Source: Squalus acanthias
Lineage: Eukaryota
Length of the DNA: 64,000 nt
Reading direction: 5' to 3'
Assembly: GCA_030390025.1 (NCBI GenBank)
Contig: JASTWF010000070.1
Span: 1,054,001 to 1,118,000 of the forward strand
The number at the start of each line of letters is the position of its first letter. Positions within the stretch are counted from its first letter, which is position 1. Positions 13,268 through 24,262 of this stretch are shown here, one piece after another. Under the pieces are notes generated by a model. The model did no database searches and was not told the DNA's origin. It saw only the letters and a list, made by a program, of their open reading frames with translations. The position numbers and the translations under genes were made by a program.

Positions 13268-13606
13268 CTGTAATCACTTGCTTGGAGACATTTCCGAATA
13301 TTAGGGGCTTGTTAGTGTGGCTTGGAGTGGCACAGTAATACAGCCCAGAATCATTTCTCCGGACATTTGCAATGACCAGAATATAATTACCCGATTTATT
13401 ACATATCTCGCCGGAAAATCTTCCCTCTGGCCTTACGAATTGGCCCATTTTGTAAACGAGCTTTAATTCCTCTCGGTGCCACTGTCTGTACCAGGACACA
13501 ACGAGACGCGCCATCCTCCCCGTCTGGCATTGCAGTTTAACAAGGCTCCCGACAGCAAGCGTCTGAACCGGCGTAGACTGGAACAAGACCGACTGAGACA
13601 CAACAA
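13268..13606 (-). CDS. Gene B VJ Ig V-set exon (open frame)
   Basis: LQCQTG..SWYRQ..GRFSG..DSGLYYCAT..LIFGNVSK; AG/GT boundaries, 339 nt. Confidence 0.85.
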
Positions 13607-14244
13607 CTGAGAAGCAGACAAAAAATATTAACAACAAGTTGTGGGCCCGAAGCTAACCTCTGGCGGGCCTACCTTGATACCCGACAAATCCAAAAAATCC
13701 ATCTTAAGGCGCATGTCGGCTTCAAAGTTGCCGTGTTGTTATTGATTGAAATTTCCACTTTGCTGAAAATCGTAGTTGCTTTCTTAAAGTTAAAGTTGAA
13801 TGTGAAATTACATATAGAATCTTACAGCACAGAAAGAGGCCATTCGTCCCATCGTTCCTGTGCAGGCTCTTTGAAAAAGCTCTCCAATTAGTCCTATTCC
13901 CCCCTGCTCTTTCCTCATGGCCCTGCACCTTTTTTTTCCTTTTCAAGAATTTATCCAATTCCCTTTTGAAAGTTACTATTCAATCTGCTTCCACCGCCCT
14001 TTCAGGCAGCGCATTCCAGATCACTAAAACTCACTGTGTAATCCACTTCTCATTATTGATTCTGTCAAAACCCTTCTCCTTATTGACTCTCTCCAAAACT
14101 TTCCCCGCTCTCTTAAAACATCGAAGGATATCTCACCTTGGAAGAAATGGCACAGCGTGCAGAGGCAGAAGAAGCTCATTGCCGGTGACCCAGTCGGTTA
14201 AACTCTGAGCCACGGACCGGCAGCTCGCTGAGAAATGGCTCTCG

Positions 14245-14410
14245 GTAGATCGGTGCGAGGGAGGTGTGAAATGCAGAGCGGATTGCGGAAATCATGCGCT
14301 GTGTTTATTAATAAATGTACGATTGGACTGGAAAGCGGTGCCGAGGCAGAAAGCTTTCTGTGGGTTTCCTGTTTATACATGTCAAGTGCTCACACACAGG
14401 CACACACACG
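14245..14410 (-). promoter_or_regulatory. Gene B promoter module
   Basis: GGTGTGAAA, TGCGGAAAT, CTGGAAAG, TGTGGGTTTCCTGTTT in the same order as at gene A. Confidence 0.5.
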
Positions 14411-14504
14411 CAGACAGCATCTGTTTTGCAAAAAGCCCCTTGTTTCAACTCATATTAGTTAGACCACATTTGCAGCACTGTGCACAGTTCTGCTCTCCGT
14501 ATTA

Positions 14505-16080
14505 TAAGAACCTAAGAACATAAGAAATAGGAGCAGGAGTCGGCCATGCGGCCCCTCGAGTCTGCTGCGCCATTCAATAAGATCATGGCTGATCTTCTAC
14601 CTCATCTCCACTTTCTCACACTATCCCCATATCCCTTAATTGCCTTAATATTCAAAAATCTATCGATCGCCGTCTTGAATATACTCAACGACTGATCCTC
14701 CACAGCCCTCTGGGGTAGAGAATTCCAAAGATTTACCACCCTCTGAGTGAAGAACTTTCTACTCATCTCAGTCCTAAATTGCCGACCCGTTATCCTGAGA
14801 CTGTGACCCCTGGTTCCAGACTCTCCAGCCAGGGGAAACATCCTCCCTGCTTCTACTCTGACAAGCCCTGTAAGAAATGTGCATATTTCAATGAGAGCAC
14901 CTCTCATTCTTGTAATCTCTAGAAAATATAGGCCTAGTCTACTCAATCTTTCCTCATAGGACAGTCTTCCATCCCTGGAATCAGTCTGGTGAACCTTCAT
15001 TGCACTCCCTCTGTGGCAGGTATATCCTTGCTTAGGTAAGGAGACCAAAACTGTACACAATACTCCAGGTGTGGTCTCACCAGGGCCCTATATAATTGGA
15101 GTAAGGCTTCTTTACTCTTATATTCAAATCCTCTTGTAATAAAGGCCAACATTACCATTTGTTTTCCTAATTGCTTGCTGTACCTGCATGTTAACTTTCA
15201 GTAATATGTGTACAAGGACACCCAGGTCCCTATGAACATCAACATTTCCCATTCTCTTACCATTTAAAAAATACTCTGCTTTTCTATTTTTCCTACCAAA
15301 ATGGATAACTTCACATTTCTACACATTATATTCCATTTGCCATGTTCTTGCTCACTTACTTAGCCTGTCTATATCCCCTTGAAGCTTCTTTGCATCCACC
15401 TCACAACTTACATTCCCACCCAGCTTTGTATCATCAGCAAACTTGGATATATTACATTTGGTCCCTTCATCCAAATCATTGTTGTAGATTGTGAATAGCA
15501 GAGGCCCAAGCACTGATCCTTGTGGTACCCCATTCGTTACAGCCTGCCAACCTGAAAATGACCCGTTGCATTATAAAAAGGATATAGATGCCATGGAGGA
15601 GGTGCAAATAAGATTCACAAGGATAATACTGGAACTGAGAGTTTATAACTATCAGGCAAGATTGAACAGGCTGGAACCTTTTTCTCGAGCAAATTGAAGG
15701 CTGAGGGGTGACCTGATAGAGGTCTTTAAGATTATGAAGGGATTCGTTCGGATAGAAGTAGAGAAGATGTTTCCTCTTGTGGGGGAGCCCGAAACTAAAG
15801 GTCCTAAATATAAGATAGTCACTAATAAATCCAATAGGGAATTCAGGATAAGCTTCTTTACCCAGAGAGTGGTGAGAATGTGGAACTCGCTCCCACAGGG
15901 ACTGGTTGAGGCGAAGAGCATAGATGCATGTAAGGGGAAGTTAGATAAATACATGAGGGAGAAAGGGAAAGAAGTATATGGAGATAGGGTGAGATGAAGT
16001 AGGATGGGGGGAGGCTCGTGTGGAGCATAAACACCGGCATGGACCAGTTGGGCCAAATTACCTGTTTCTCTGCTGTGAGC
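14505..16080. mobile_element. Two CR1 fragments (14505-15565 minus; 15570-16080 plus)
   Basis: RT C-terminal ORFs on both strands. Confidence 0.8.
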
Positions 16081-16299
16081 TCTATCTATGAAAACCCAAA
16101 TGAAAGGCTACACACAGTTCCAGGCTCCGAAGGTGTGGGGGTCAGGGCAGCCTCTTTGCTTTGTGCAGTGTCCATGAATGTGAAACTGAGCCCTCAGGCA
16201 GGTGGCAGAGTAAGGGGAGCACCAGACCTCCCTTCTTTAATGACTAGCAAACTGCGAATGTTTGTCATGAATTGGATGTAACGATGGTCGCCCTGTTTA

Positions 16300-16760
16300 A
16301 AGAAAGAAAGACTTGCATTTATATAGCGCCTTTCATGACCCCAGGACGTCTCAAAGCGCTTTACAGCCAATGAAGTACCGTCTGAAGTGTAGCCACTGTT
16401 GTAATGAAGGGAACGTGGCCGCCAATTTGCGCAGAGCAAGCTCCCACAAACAGTAATTTTTAATGACCAGCGATCCTGTAATTTAGTGATGTCGATTGAG
16501 GGGTAAATATTGGCCCCAGGAAAACGGGCAGAACTCCCCTGCTCTTCTTCAAAATAGTGCCATGTGATTATTTACGCGAGAGGGCAGACGGGGCCTCGAT
16601 TTAACGTCTCATCCAAAAGAATGCACCTCCGACAGTGCAGCGCTCTCTCGGTGCTGCACCGGGGGAGTCAGCCTAGATGATGTGCTGAAGTCTCTGGAGT
16701 GGGACTTGAACCCACGACCTACTGATAGAGACCAGAATGCTACCAACTGAGCCTCAACTG
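16300..16760 (-). mobile_element. DeuSINE copy (others at ~6505-6755, 7441-7725, 8500-8730, 37250-37540, 57500-57740, 58430-58710, 60460-60690)
   Basis: Same head/core/tail as the 46629 element. Confidence 0.7.
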
Positions 16761-17939
16761 CCCCTGTTTAGCACTCCAGGTGCCCTCACCACAAGAGGGC
16801 AGAGCACCGTGTCAGGCAAGAGGTGGCAGCCAATTTCAGTGCAATATACAATACATGCAGGATCTGGGAGCAGGAGGAATATTTGAAGGAAGCTGCCATG
16901 ATGAGACTATGCTAACACATCGTTGTAATCCATAATTCCAAGTATGACTCAGGCAATGAGACTGGGATCATCAGCACTTTAATAGTACTTCAGCAACAAA
17001 GAGTCTCCAAACATGGGCTTACATACTTACAAAGAGGCTTCCCATCGGGGCACCGAGAGATGATCGTACCATGCACTTCGCCACGATGCTCTGCCAAAAA
17101 CCTCTTTCCATATAGCTCTTCATGGAATAGGGATCTCACAGCCCCTCAGGCACCCCCACATTTATAAATGCTCCAGAATTTTTTAATTCATTCATGTGAT
17201 GTGGGCATCACTGGCAAAGCCAGCATATATTGGCCATCCCTAATTGTCCTTGAGAACATGATGGTGAGCCGCCTTCTTGAACAACTGCTGTCCACGTGGT
17301 GAAGGTCTTAGTGTACTTCTTTGTGGCGGTTTGGTACAACTGAGTGGTGGCTAGGCCATTTCAGAGGGCAGTTAAGAGTCAACCACATTGCTGTGGGTCT
17401 GGAGTAAGATATAGACCAGACCGGGTAAGGGCAGCAGATTTCCTTCCCTAAAGGACATGAGTGAACCAGATGGGTTTTTACGACAATCCGATAGTTTCAT
17501 TGTCACCATTACTGAACCGTTTAATCCCTTGATGCCTCATTGATCATTGCTTGATAGTCTCTTGGTATTAAAAACACTTACATGGTCGGTGCTACTACCT
17601 CGTCTACGAGGGTCTTCTCTCGGTGACTTTACGTGCTGTGTCCTAATAAGACCCAGCAGTCACTAGCGTCACACAACACACGGGACCTCGGGGGAGAAGA
17701 GTTAAGTTCTTGCCTTTCTAGTTGCGTCCGATTACCACGGGGTGGCGCTGCTTCTTGTTCCTCAGGATCTACCTTCCAATGCGATTAAAAGGATCTAGGT
17801 GGAAACAGAAACATTCAGCAGGTCAGGCAGCATCTTTGGAGAGAGAAACAGAGTTAACGTTTCAGGCCGATCAACTTTCATCAGAACTGCGATCCATTAT
17901 TGTCGAACAGTACTCACAGCGGTCTGCACAGTGCGGGAT

Positions 17940-20195
17940 CAAAACGGAGTTAACTTAAACAGAGGGCTTCATTTGGGAATTTGGAAAGAGTGGGAATTCG
18001 GAAAAGAGGGGGAAGGAGTTGCTGCTTTCTGCCTACTCGACCTGTAGTGCTTTGTGTAAAAGGTAGATATTTAATTTCAGTACCCATAACTTAATCTAGA
18101 TCAAGTAAGTAATCAAGAAACTACACTGTCAACTAAGTTACCAAATTACAAAATTAATTAAATAGAACAAGGTCATATAGGGATGGCAGCGCAGGTGGTG
18201 TGCCGCAACTGCAGCATGTGCGAGTTTATGGAGGGTATTGGGATCCCGGACAACCACGAATGCAGTAAGTGCCTGCATCTTGAGGAACTTCTTAGCTCAG
18301 AGTTTTGGAGCTGGAGTCTGAGGTGCAGACATTGCGGGATATCAGGGATGGGAGAGTTACCTGGACACTTTGATTCAGGAGGCAGTCACACATCCCTTAG
18401 GTTAGCTATTGTACAGGTCTGGTTAGTGGTCAGGGACAGGGGGGGGGGACTGCAACTCAGGCAGGTAAGTGGACCCCAGGTGCAGTGCTGGAGGAGCCTC
18501 AGCCTTTGCCCTTGTCCAACAGGTATGAGATTCTTGATGCCTGTGTGGATGAGGGAAAAGCCTGCAGGATGGATGAGCAAGCTGACCATGGCAACATGGT
18601 GCAGGAGGCCATTCAAGTGGGGGGAGTAAAATTTAATGTAGTTGTTGTAGGGGACAGTATAATCAGGGGGATAGAAACTGTTCTCTGCAGCCACGACCGA
18701 GAGTTCTGCAGATTGCAGGGTTAAAAACATCTCCTCGTGGCTGGAAAAGAACTTGGAGGGTGAGGATCCAGCTGTCGTTGTCCATGTAGGATAGAACGAC
18801 ATAGGTAGAACTAGCAATGAGGTTCTGCTGAGGGAGTTTGAGGAGCGAGGATCCAAAATAAAAAGCAGAACCTCAAAGTTAATAATCTCTGGATTGTTAC
18901 CTGAGCCACGCGCAAATTGGCATAGGGACAAACAGATTAGAGGTTTAAATTCGTGGCTCGAAGTGTGGTCTGGGAGGAAGGAGTGTCAGTTTATGGGGCA
19001 CTGGCACCAGTACTGGGGAAAGAGGGAGCTGTCCCATTGGGACGAGATCCACTTAAACCAGGCTGGGAGCTGGTGAACCGAACAACTCAGGCAGTAGACA
19101 GGGATTTAAACGAATGAAGTGGGGGGCGGGGGGGGGTGGTAGGATTCAGGAAAGAGTAAATTTAAAAGCAGCGAGAGAAATGTCAATGCTCTGGAGCAGA
19201 GTAGAGTTTGGGGTAAAAATAAGCAGAGTGGGTCAGCAAGGGACAAAGAGAGTAACAAAGGCAATAAGGCATCAGTATCTAAGGTGACATCAGGGAAAAA
19301 TAGAAATAAGTCAAATCTAAAGGCACCATATCTGAATGAGTGAAGCATTCGCCACAAAATAGATGAAATAATAGCGCAGATAGAAATTAACAAGTTTGAT
19401 CTAATACCCATTAAGGAGACATGGTTGCAATGTGGCCAAGGTTGGGAACTAAATATTCCAGGATACTTCACTTTTAGAAGAGATAGGCAAAATGGAAAAG
19501 GAGGAGGGGTAGCCTTGATCATAAAGGATGAGATAAAAACAGCAGTGTGAAAGGATCTTAGCTCCGAAAATCAACAAGTAGAATCAGTTTGGGTGGAGCT
19601 GAGAAACAGCAAGGGTCAGAAAACATTGGTGGGTGTTGTTTATAGGCCCCCAAACAGTAGTTGTAATGCAGGGCAAAGTATAAATCAGGAAATTAGAGGT
19701 GCATGTAAATAGGGTAATACAGTAATCATGGGGGACTTTCATCTACATATAGATTGGGCAAACTAGATTTGCAGTAATAGTGTGGAGGACGAATTTATGC
19801 AATGTATGCAAGATAGTTTTCAAGATCAGTATGTTGAGGAACCAACTAGGGAACAGGCTATTTTAGATCTAATATTGTACAATGAGAAAGGATTAATTAA
19901 TAACCTTGTAGTAAAGGGGCCTTTCGGGAAGAGTGACCACAATATGATAGAAATTTATATTAAGTTTGAAAGTGATTTAGTTAAATCCGAAACTAGGGTC
20001 TTAATTCTAAACAAAGCAAACTATGTAGGTATGTGGGTCGAGTTGACTAAGTTAGATTGGGAAACTATATTAAAAGGTATGACGGTAGAGAAGCAATGGC
20101 TAGCATTTAAATAATTAATACATAATTTACAACAAATATATATTCCTTTAAGGCACAAAACCCCCACAGGAAAGGTGGTCCAACTGTGGCTAGCA
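17940..20195 (+). mobile_element. CR1 LINE 5' portion: ORF1 (zinc finger + SGNH esterase) and APE endonuclease, degenerate
   Basis: CRNC..CSKC, VVVVGDSIIRG, PTREQAILDL..GKSDHN. Confidence 0.85.
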
Positions 20196-20199
20196 AGAG

Positions 20200-21285
20200 A
20201 AGAGGCGGAGAGGTTTAGGGAGGGAATTCCAGAGCTTAGGGCCCAGGAAACTGATGGCACCGCCGCCCTGGTTGAGCGATTATAATCAGGGACGCTCAAG
20301 AGGGCAAAATTAGAGGAGCACAGAGATCTCGGCGGGTTGTGGGGCTGGAGGAGATTACACATATAAGGAGGGGTGAGGCTATGGAGGGATGTGATAACAA
20401 GGATGAGAATTTTGAAATCGAGGCATTGCTTAACCGAGAGCCAATGTCAGCGTGCACAGAGATGATGGGCAAACGGGGCTTGGTGCGAGTTAGTACACGG
20501 GCAGCCGAGATTTGGATGGCCTCAAGGTTATGTAGGGTAGAACGTGTGAGGTCGCCCAGGAGCGCGTTGGACTAGTCAAGTCTAGAGGTAGCAAAGGCAT
20601 GGATGAAGCTTTCAGCAGTGGATGTGCTGAGGCAAGGGCGGACAAGGACGATGTTACGGATGTGGAAATAGACGGTCTTAGTTATGCAACGGATATGTGG
20701 TTGCAAACGCGTTTCAGTGTCAAATATGACACAAGGTTGCAACCAATGTGGTTCAGCCACAAACAAATGCGAGAGAGAGGGATGGAGTCAGTGGTATGGT
20801 AATGGAGTTTGTGGCGGGGACCGAAGCAATATCTTCGATATTCCCAAAATTTAATTGGAGAATATTTCTGCTCATCCAGAACTGGATGTCGGACAGGCAG
20901 TCTGACAACTTAGAGATTGCGGAGGGGTCAAGAGAAGTGCTGGTGAGGTAGAGCTGGGTGTCGTCAGCGTGCATGTGGAAACTGACGCTGTGTTTGCGGA
21001 TGATGTCCCCAAGGGGCAGCATGTGGATAAGAAATAGGAGGGGGCCTAGGATAGATGCTTGGGGGGCACCAGAGGTAACGATGCAGGAGCATGAAGAGAA
21101 GCCATTGCAGTTGATTCCCTCGCAATGATTAGATAGATAAGAATGGAACCAGGTGAGTGCATTCCTACCCAGCTGGACGGCGGTGGAGAGTCGTTGGAGG
21201 ATGATGGAGTGGTTAATCGTGTCAAAGGCTGCAGACAAGTCAAGAAGGACGACGGTGGATAGTTTACCTTTGTCACAGTGAGCTG
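20200..21285 (-). mobile_element. L2-clade LINE fragment
   Basis: SAAFDTINH..GAPQASILGPLLF..HADDTQLY. Confidence 0.85.
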
Positions 21286-21324
21286 CTGAAGATTAAGTTT
21301 TGGAAACCAAACAGCCACGTGACG

Positions 21325-21700
21325 TGTTGTATCAGTATAACCCTTATCCTTTCGTTTAATATAAGCTAGTGGTCTCAAGAGATAGAGAGATCAATAATCT
21401 TTATTGATCAATATACTTGTAGAAACTTAGCACATTCAGTGCCATGAGAATGAGCACAACTGGACTTACAAGCACAGCTATTTAATTATGCAAGGCAAGC
21501 GTGGTGTTAGTACGTCAGAACGTTCCTCGTATGTGCGATTATTACGTAAGCACGCAGGGTTAAAATGCAAGAGCGTTCGTGTTCACGCAGGCGACTCTCC
21601 CCCCCGCCCCCCCACCTCCCCCGCTCCATCCCTTGCACATGCTCATTGGCGACACTCTCTGTCCAGTGTTCTCTGGACATTTCACATGTATGATTAACCA
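21325..21700 (-). mobile_element. Possible solo LTR
   Basis: Minus strand TG..ACAACA ends with CCAAT and AATAAA in LTR-like order; no TSD found. Confidence 0.25.
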
Positions 21701-23335
21701 TATTCAGAATCTTCACTTGCTGATCTAGGAGCACAGGAACAGGAGTAGATCCACAGTGGATTACCTCACATTCCCTCACATTGAGCGACATCTATCACAT
21801 TTCAGTCCACCCACAACCTGTATATCTCCGCTGGTAAAGTCTTGCTCCCATCTACACAAGTTACTGTGCCTTCTTACGTTACGCCTCCTGAAAACTTGGA
21901 TATATATCTCTCTATTCCTTCATCCAAGTCATTAATAAATATGGTGGAAAGATTGAGGCCCCAGAATGGATCCCTGGGGAACACCACTTGTCACGTCCTC
22001 CCAATCTGTGCACCACAACTTTATCCCCAATATCTGTCTCCTACCTCCCAACTAATTTCCAACACAAATCAAAAGGCTACCCCCAATTCCATGCACTCTC
22101 ATTTTTGCCCATTATCTGTTGTATGGAACTTTATTGAATGCCTTGTGGACGTCCATATAGGTAACATCCAGTGAGACTCCTTTCTCTATCTGATTAGTGA
22201 CCTACTTTTGATAATCAACTAGATTAGTCAGACATGAGCTAATCTTGAACAAAGCCATGCTGGCACGCTCTGATCAGGACATATTTGCTTAAGTGATCAG
22301 TTAATCTATCCTTAATGACAGATTATATTAAGTTCCCCACAACTGACGTCAAACTGACAGGCCGGTGGTGACCTGGTTTATTTCTCCCACCCTTCTTCAA
22401 TAATCCAGTATCTGAAGCACAGTGTACAGGTTCTGGACACACCATCTCAGAAAGGATATATTGGAGGGAGTTCAGCGCTGATTCACCAGAATGTTACCAG
22501 GGATCCAAGGGTTAAATTATGAGGAGAGATTACATAAACTAGGCTTGGACTCCCTGGAATAAAGAATGTTAAGGGGTGATTTGATTGAGGTTATTAGGAT
22601 TTTGTAATGGATTCATAGGGTAGACAGAGAGAAACTACTCCTCCGGTGGGGGGACGTCCAGAACAAGGAAGCATAACCTTAAAATTAAGAAATCCAATCG
22701 GGAATTCAGGAGAAACCTTTTATACCCAGAGAGTGCTGAGAATGTGGAACTCGCTACCATATGGAATAGTTGAATCGAATTGTACAGAAGCATTAAAGGG
22801 GAAGCTCGATAAATACATGAGGGAGAAAGGAACAGAAGGATATGTTGATGGGGTGAGGTGAATAGGGGTGGGAGGAGGCTCGTGTGGAGCATAAACACCG
22901 GCATAGACTGATTGGGCGGAATGTCGTGTTGTGCTGTACATTCTATGTAATCCACTTAATGTCCCTTTAAGTGCTGAGTAAAGACGGACCACTTTAAGCT
23001 CGTGGCAGCATTTCATGTTTATTAACAGCTGTGTTACACAAGTTCCCAATCACAATATGATCACAGACTGAAGGGAAATCTGTCCCCATTCTACACACAG
23101 CGAAAGTTTACACAAAAGATTATGGGGACAGTTGTACAGAAAGTTCCATCTCACAAAGCTGGACAATCATTTCGTTCTCTTATGATATTATTGAACATTC
23201 GGGTTGTTTAACAAAAATTGAAATTGCTACAGTGATTACATTGCAAAAAAAAAGGCTGATTGCACACATCGAATGATCTGATTCATTGCATTAAACACGA
23301 GCAAAAATCAAACTTCACTGCCAACTCGCACCGCC

Positions 23336-23664
23336 TCAGTCTGAACACGAGGAGGCGCTGATGGTCTTGAGAAGAGGCGAGCTCAGGGAGCCGTGGCTGA
23401 CGCTGCAGGAATAGCTGGAGCCCTTGTTCTAGGCGGCGGGGGGGACTCTCAAGTAACTGCTCAGGCTGTAGGTTTGATCGCTGTCCGGGGACACGGCGCC
23501 TGTCGTCACCCCGCTGTCTGTCTCTTGGCCATCCACGCTCCAGCGGAGCCGCACCAAGCCCGGCTTGAAGCGATTCACCAGGCAGGACAGAGTGGCCGAT
23601 CCCGAGCCGATTTCTTCCGAGGAGGGAAGGAGGAGAAGAACCGAGAGGCTTCGATCCTCGTTGC
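23336..23664 (-). pseudogene. Immunoglobulin light chain constant exon, shark type I (NS5/sigma-cart)-like, with premature stop
   Basis: GNEDRSLSVLLLPSSEEIGSGSATLSCLVNRFKPG..DSDQTYSLSSYLRVPPAA*NKGSSYSCSVSHGSLSSPLLKTISASSCSD*; conserved Trp codon is TAG (23431-23429); C-terminal interchain Cys; AG acceptor at 23666-23665; AATAAA at 23023-23018. Isotype assigned from recalled similarity to the horned shark type I light chain. Confidence 0.85.
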
Positions 23665-24229
23665 CTGTGTGTGAGGGGGAGAGAAAATTCATTAGTTTAT
23701 GGAATCCGTCAGCATTGGGACGCTCTGATCTGAAATCAAAGACGCCAAAGAACCCCGAACAACATTCACTTTAAAATAAATTACTGATTAATACAGGAGT
23801 TCCAATAAATTCTTAAATCTCTAATTCCTCTGCTCCTCTGCCAATTCTTTTCCCTACATTACAACAGTGACTTGGTACAAAAGTATTTATTTGGCTGTTA
23901 AACGCTTTGGGACGTCCTGAGGTCGTGAGCGGCGCTGTAAAAATNNNNNNNNNNNNNNNNNNNNNNNNNNNNNNNNNNNNNNNNNNNNNNNNNNNNNNNN
24001 NNNNNNNNNNNNNNNNNNNNNNNNNNNNNNNNNNNNNNNNNNNNNNNNNNNNNNNNNNNNNNNNNNNNNNNNNNNNNNNNNNNNNNNNNNNNNNNNNNNN
24101 NNNNNNNNNNNNNNNNNNNNNNNNNNNNNNNNNNNNNNNNNNNNNNNNNNNNNNNNNNNNNNNNTTCTTTCTTGTAAAATACAGACCGGGTCAGTCAGCC
24201 TGTGTGTGGCGGAAAGATCAGTAACTGAC

Positions 24230-24262
24230 CAGTTCAGCTGCAGGTTCCACCCCCGGAACCGC
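24230..24262 (-). pseudogene. Possible decayed IgL J segment
   Basis: TTC-c-GGG-GGT-GGA-ACC (frameshifted FGGGT) followed by a GTCAGT donor, about 570 bp upstream of the CL exon; no recognisable RSS. Confidence 0.35.

Larger units (their letters stand above)
9071..14179 (-). pseudogene. Gene B: paralogue of gene A with a disrupted C1 exon; V exon intact
   Basis: Leader 14179-14137 (MSFFCLCTLCHFFQ), VJ 13606-13268 (open; FGNV instead of FGNG), C1 from 13165 with TAG (13097-13095) and TGA (13049-13047), truncated near 12947; TM 11195-11079; cytoplasmic exon 10969-10911 with TAA (10937-10935); last exon 9118-9071 ILYARLAFGAHYTSS*. Leader, TM and first cytoplasmic exon sizes (43/117/59 nt) match gene A. 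Confidence 0.8.
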
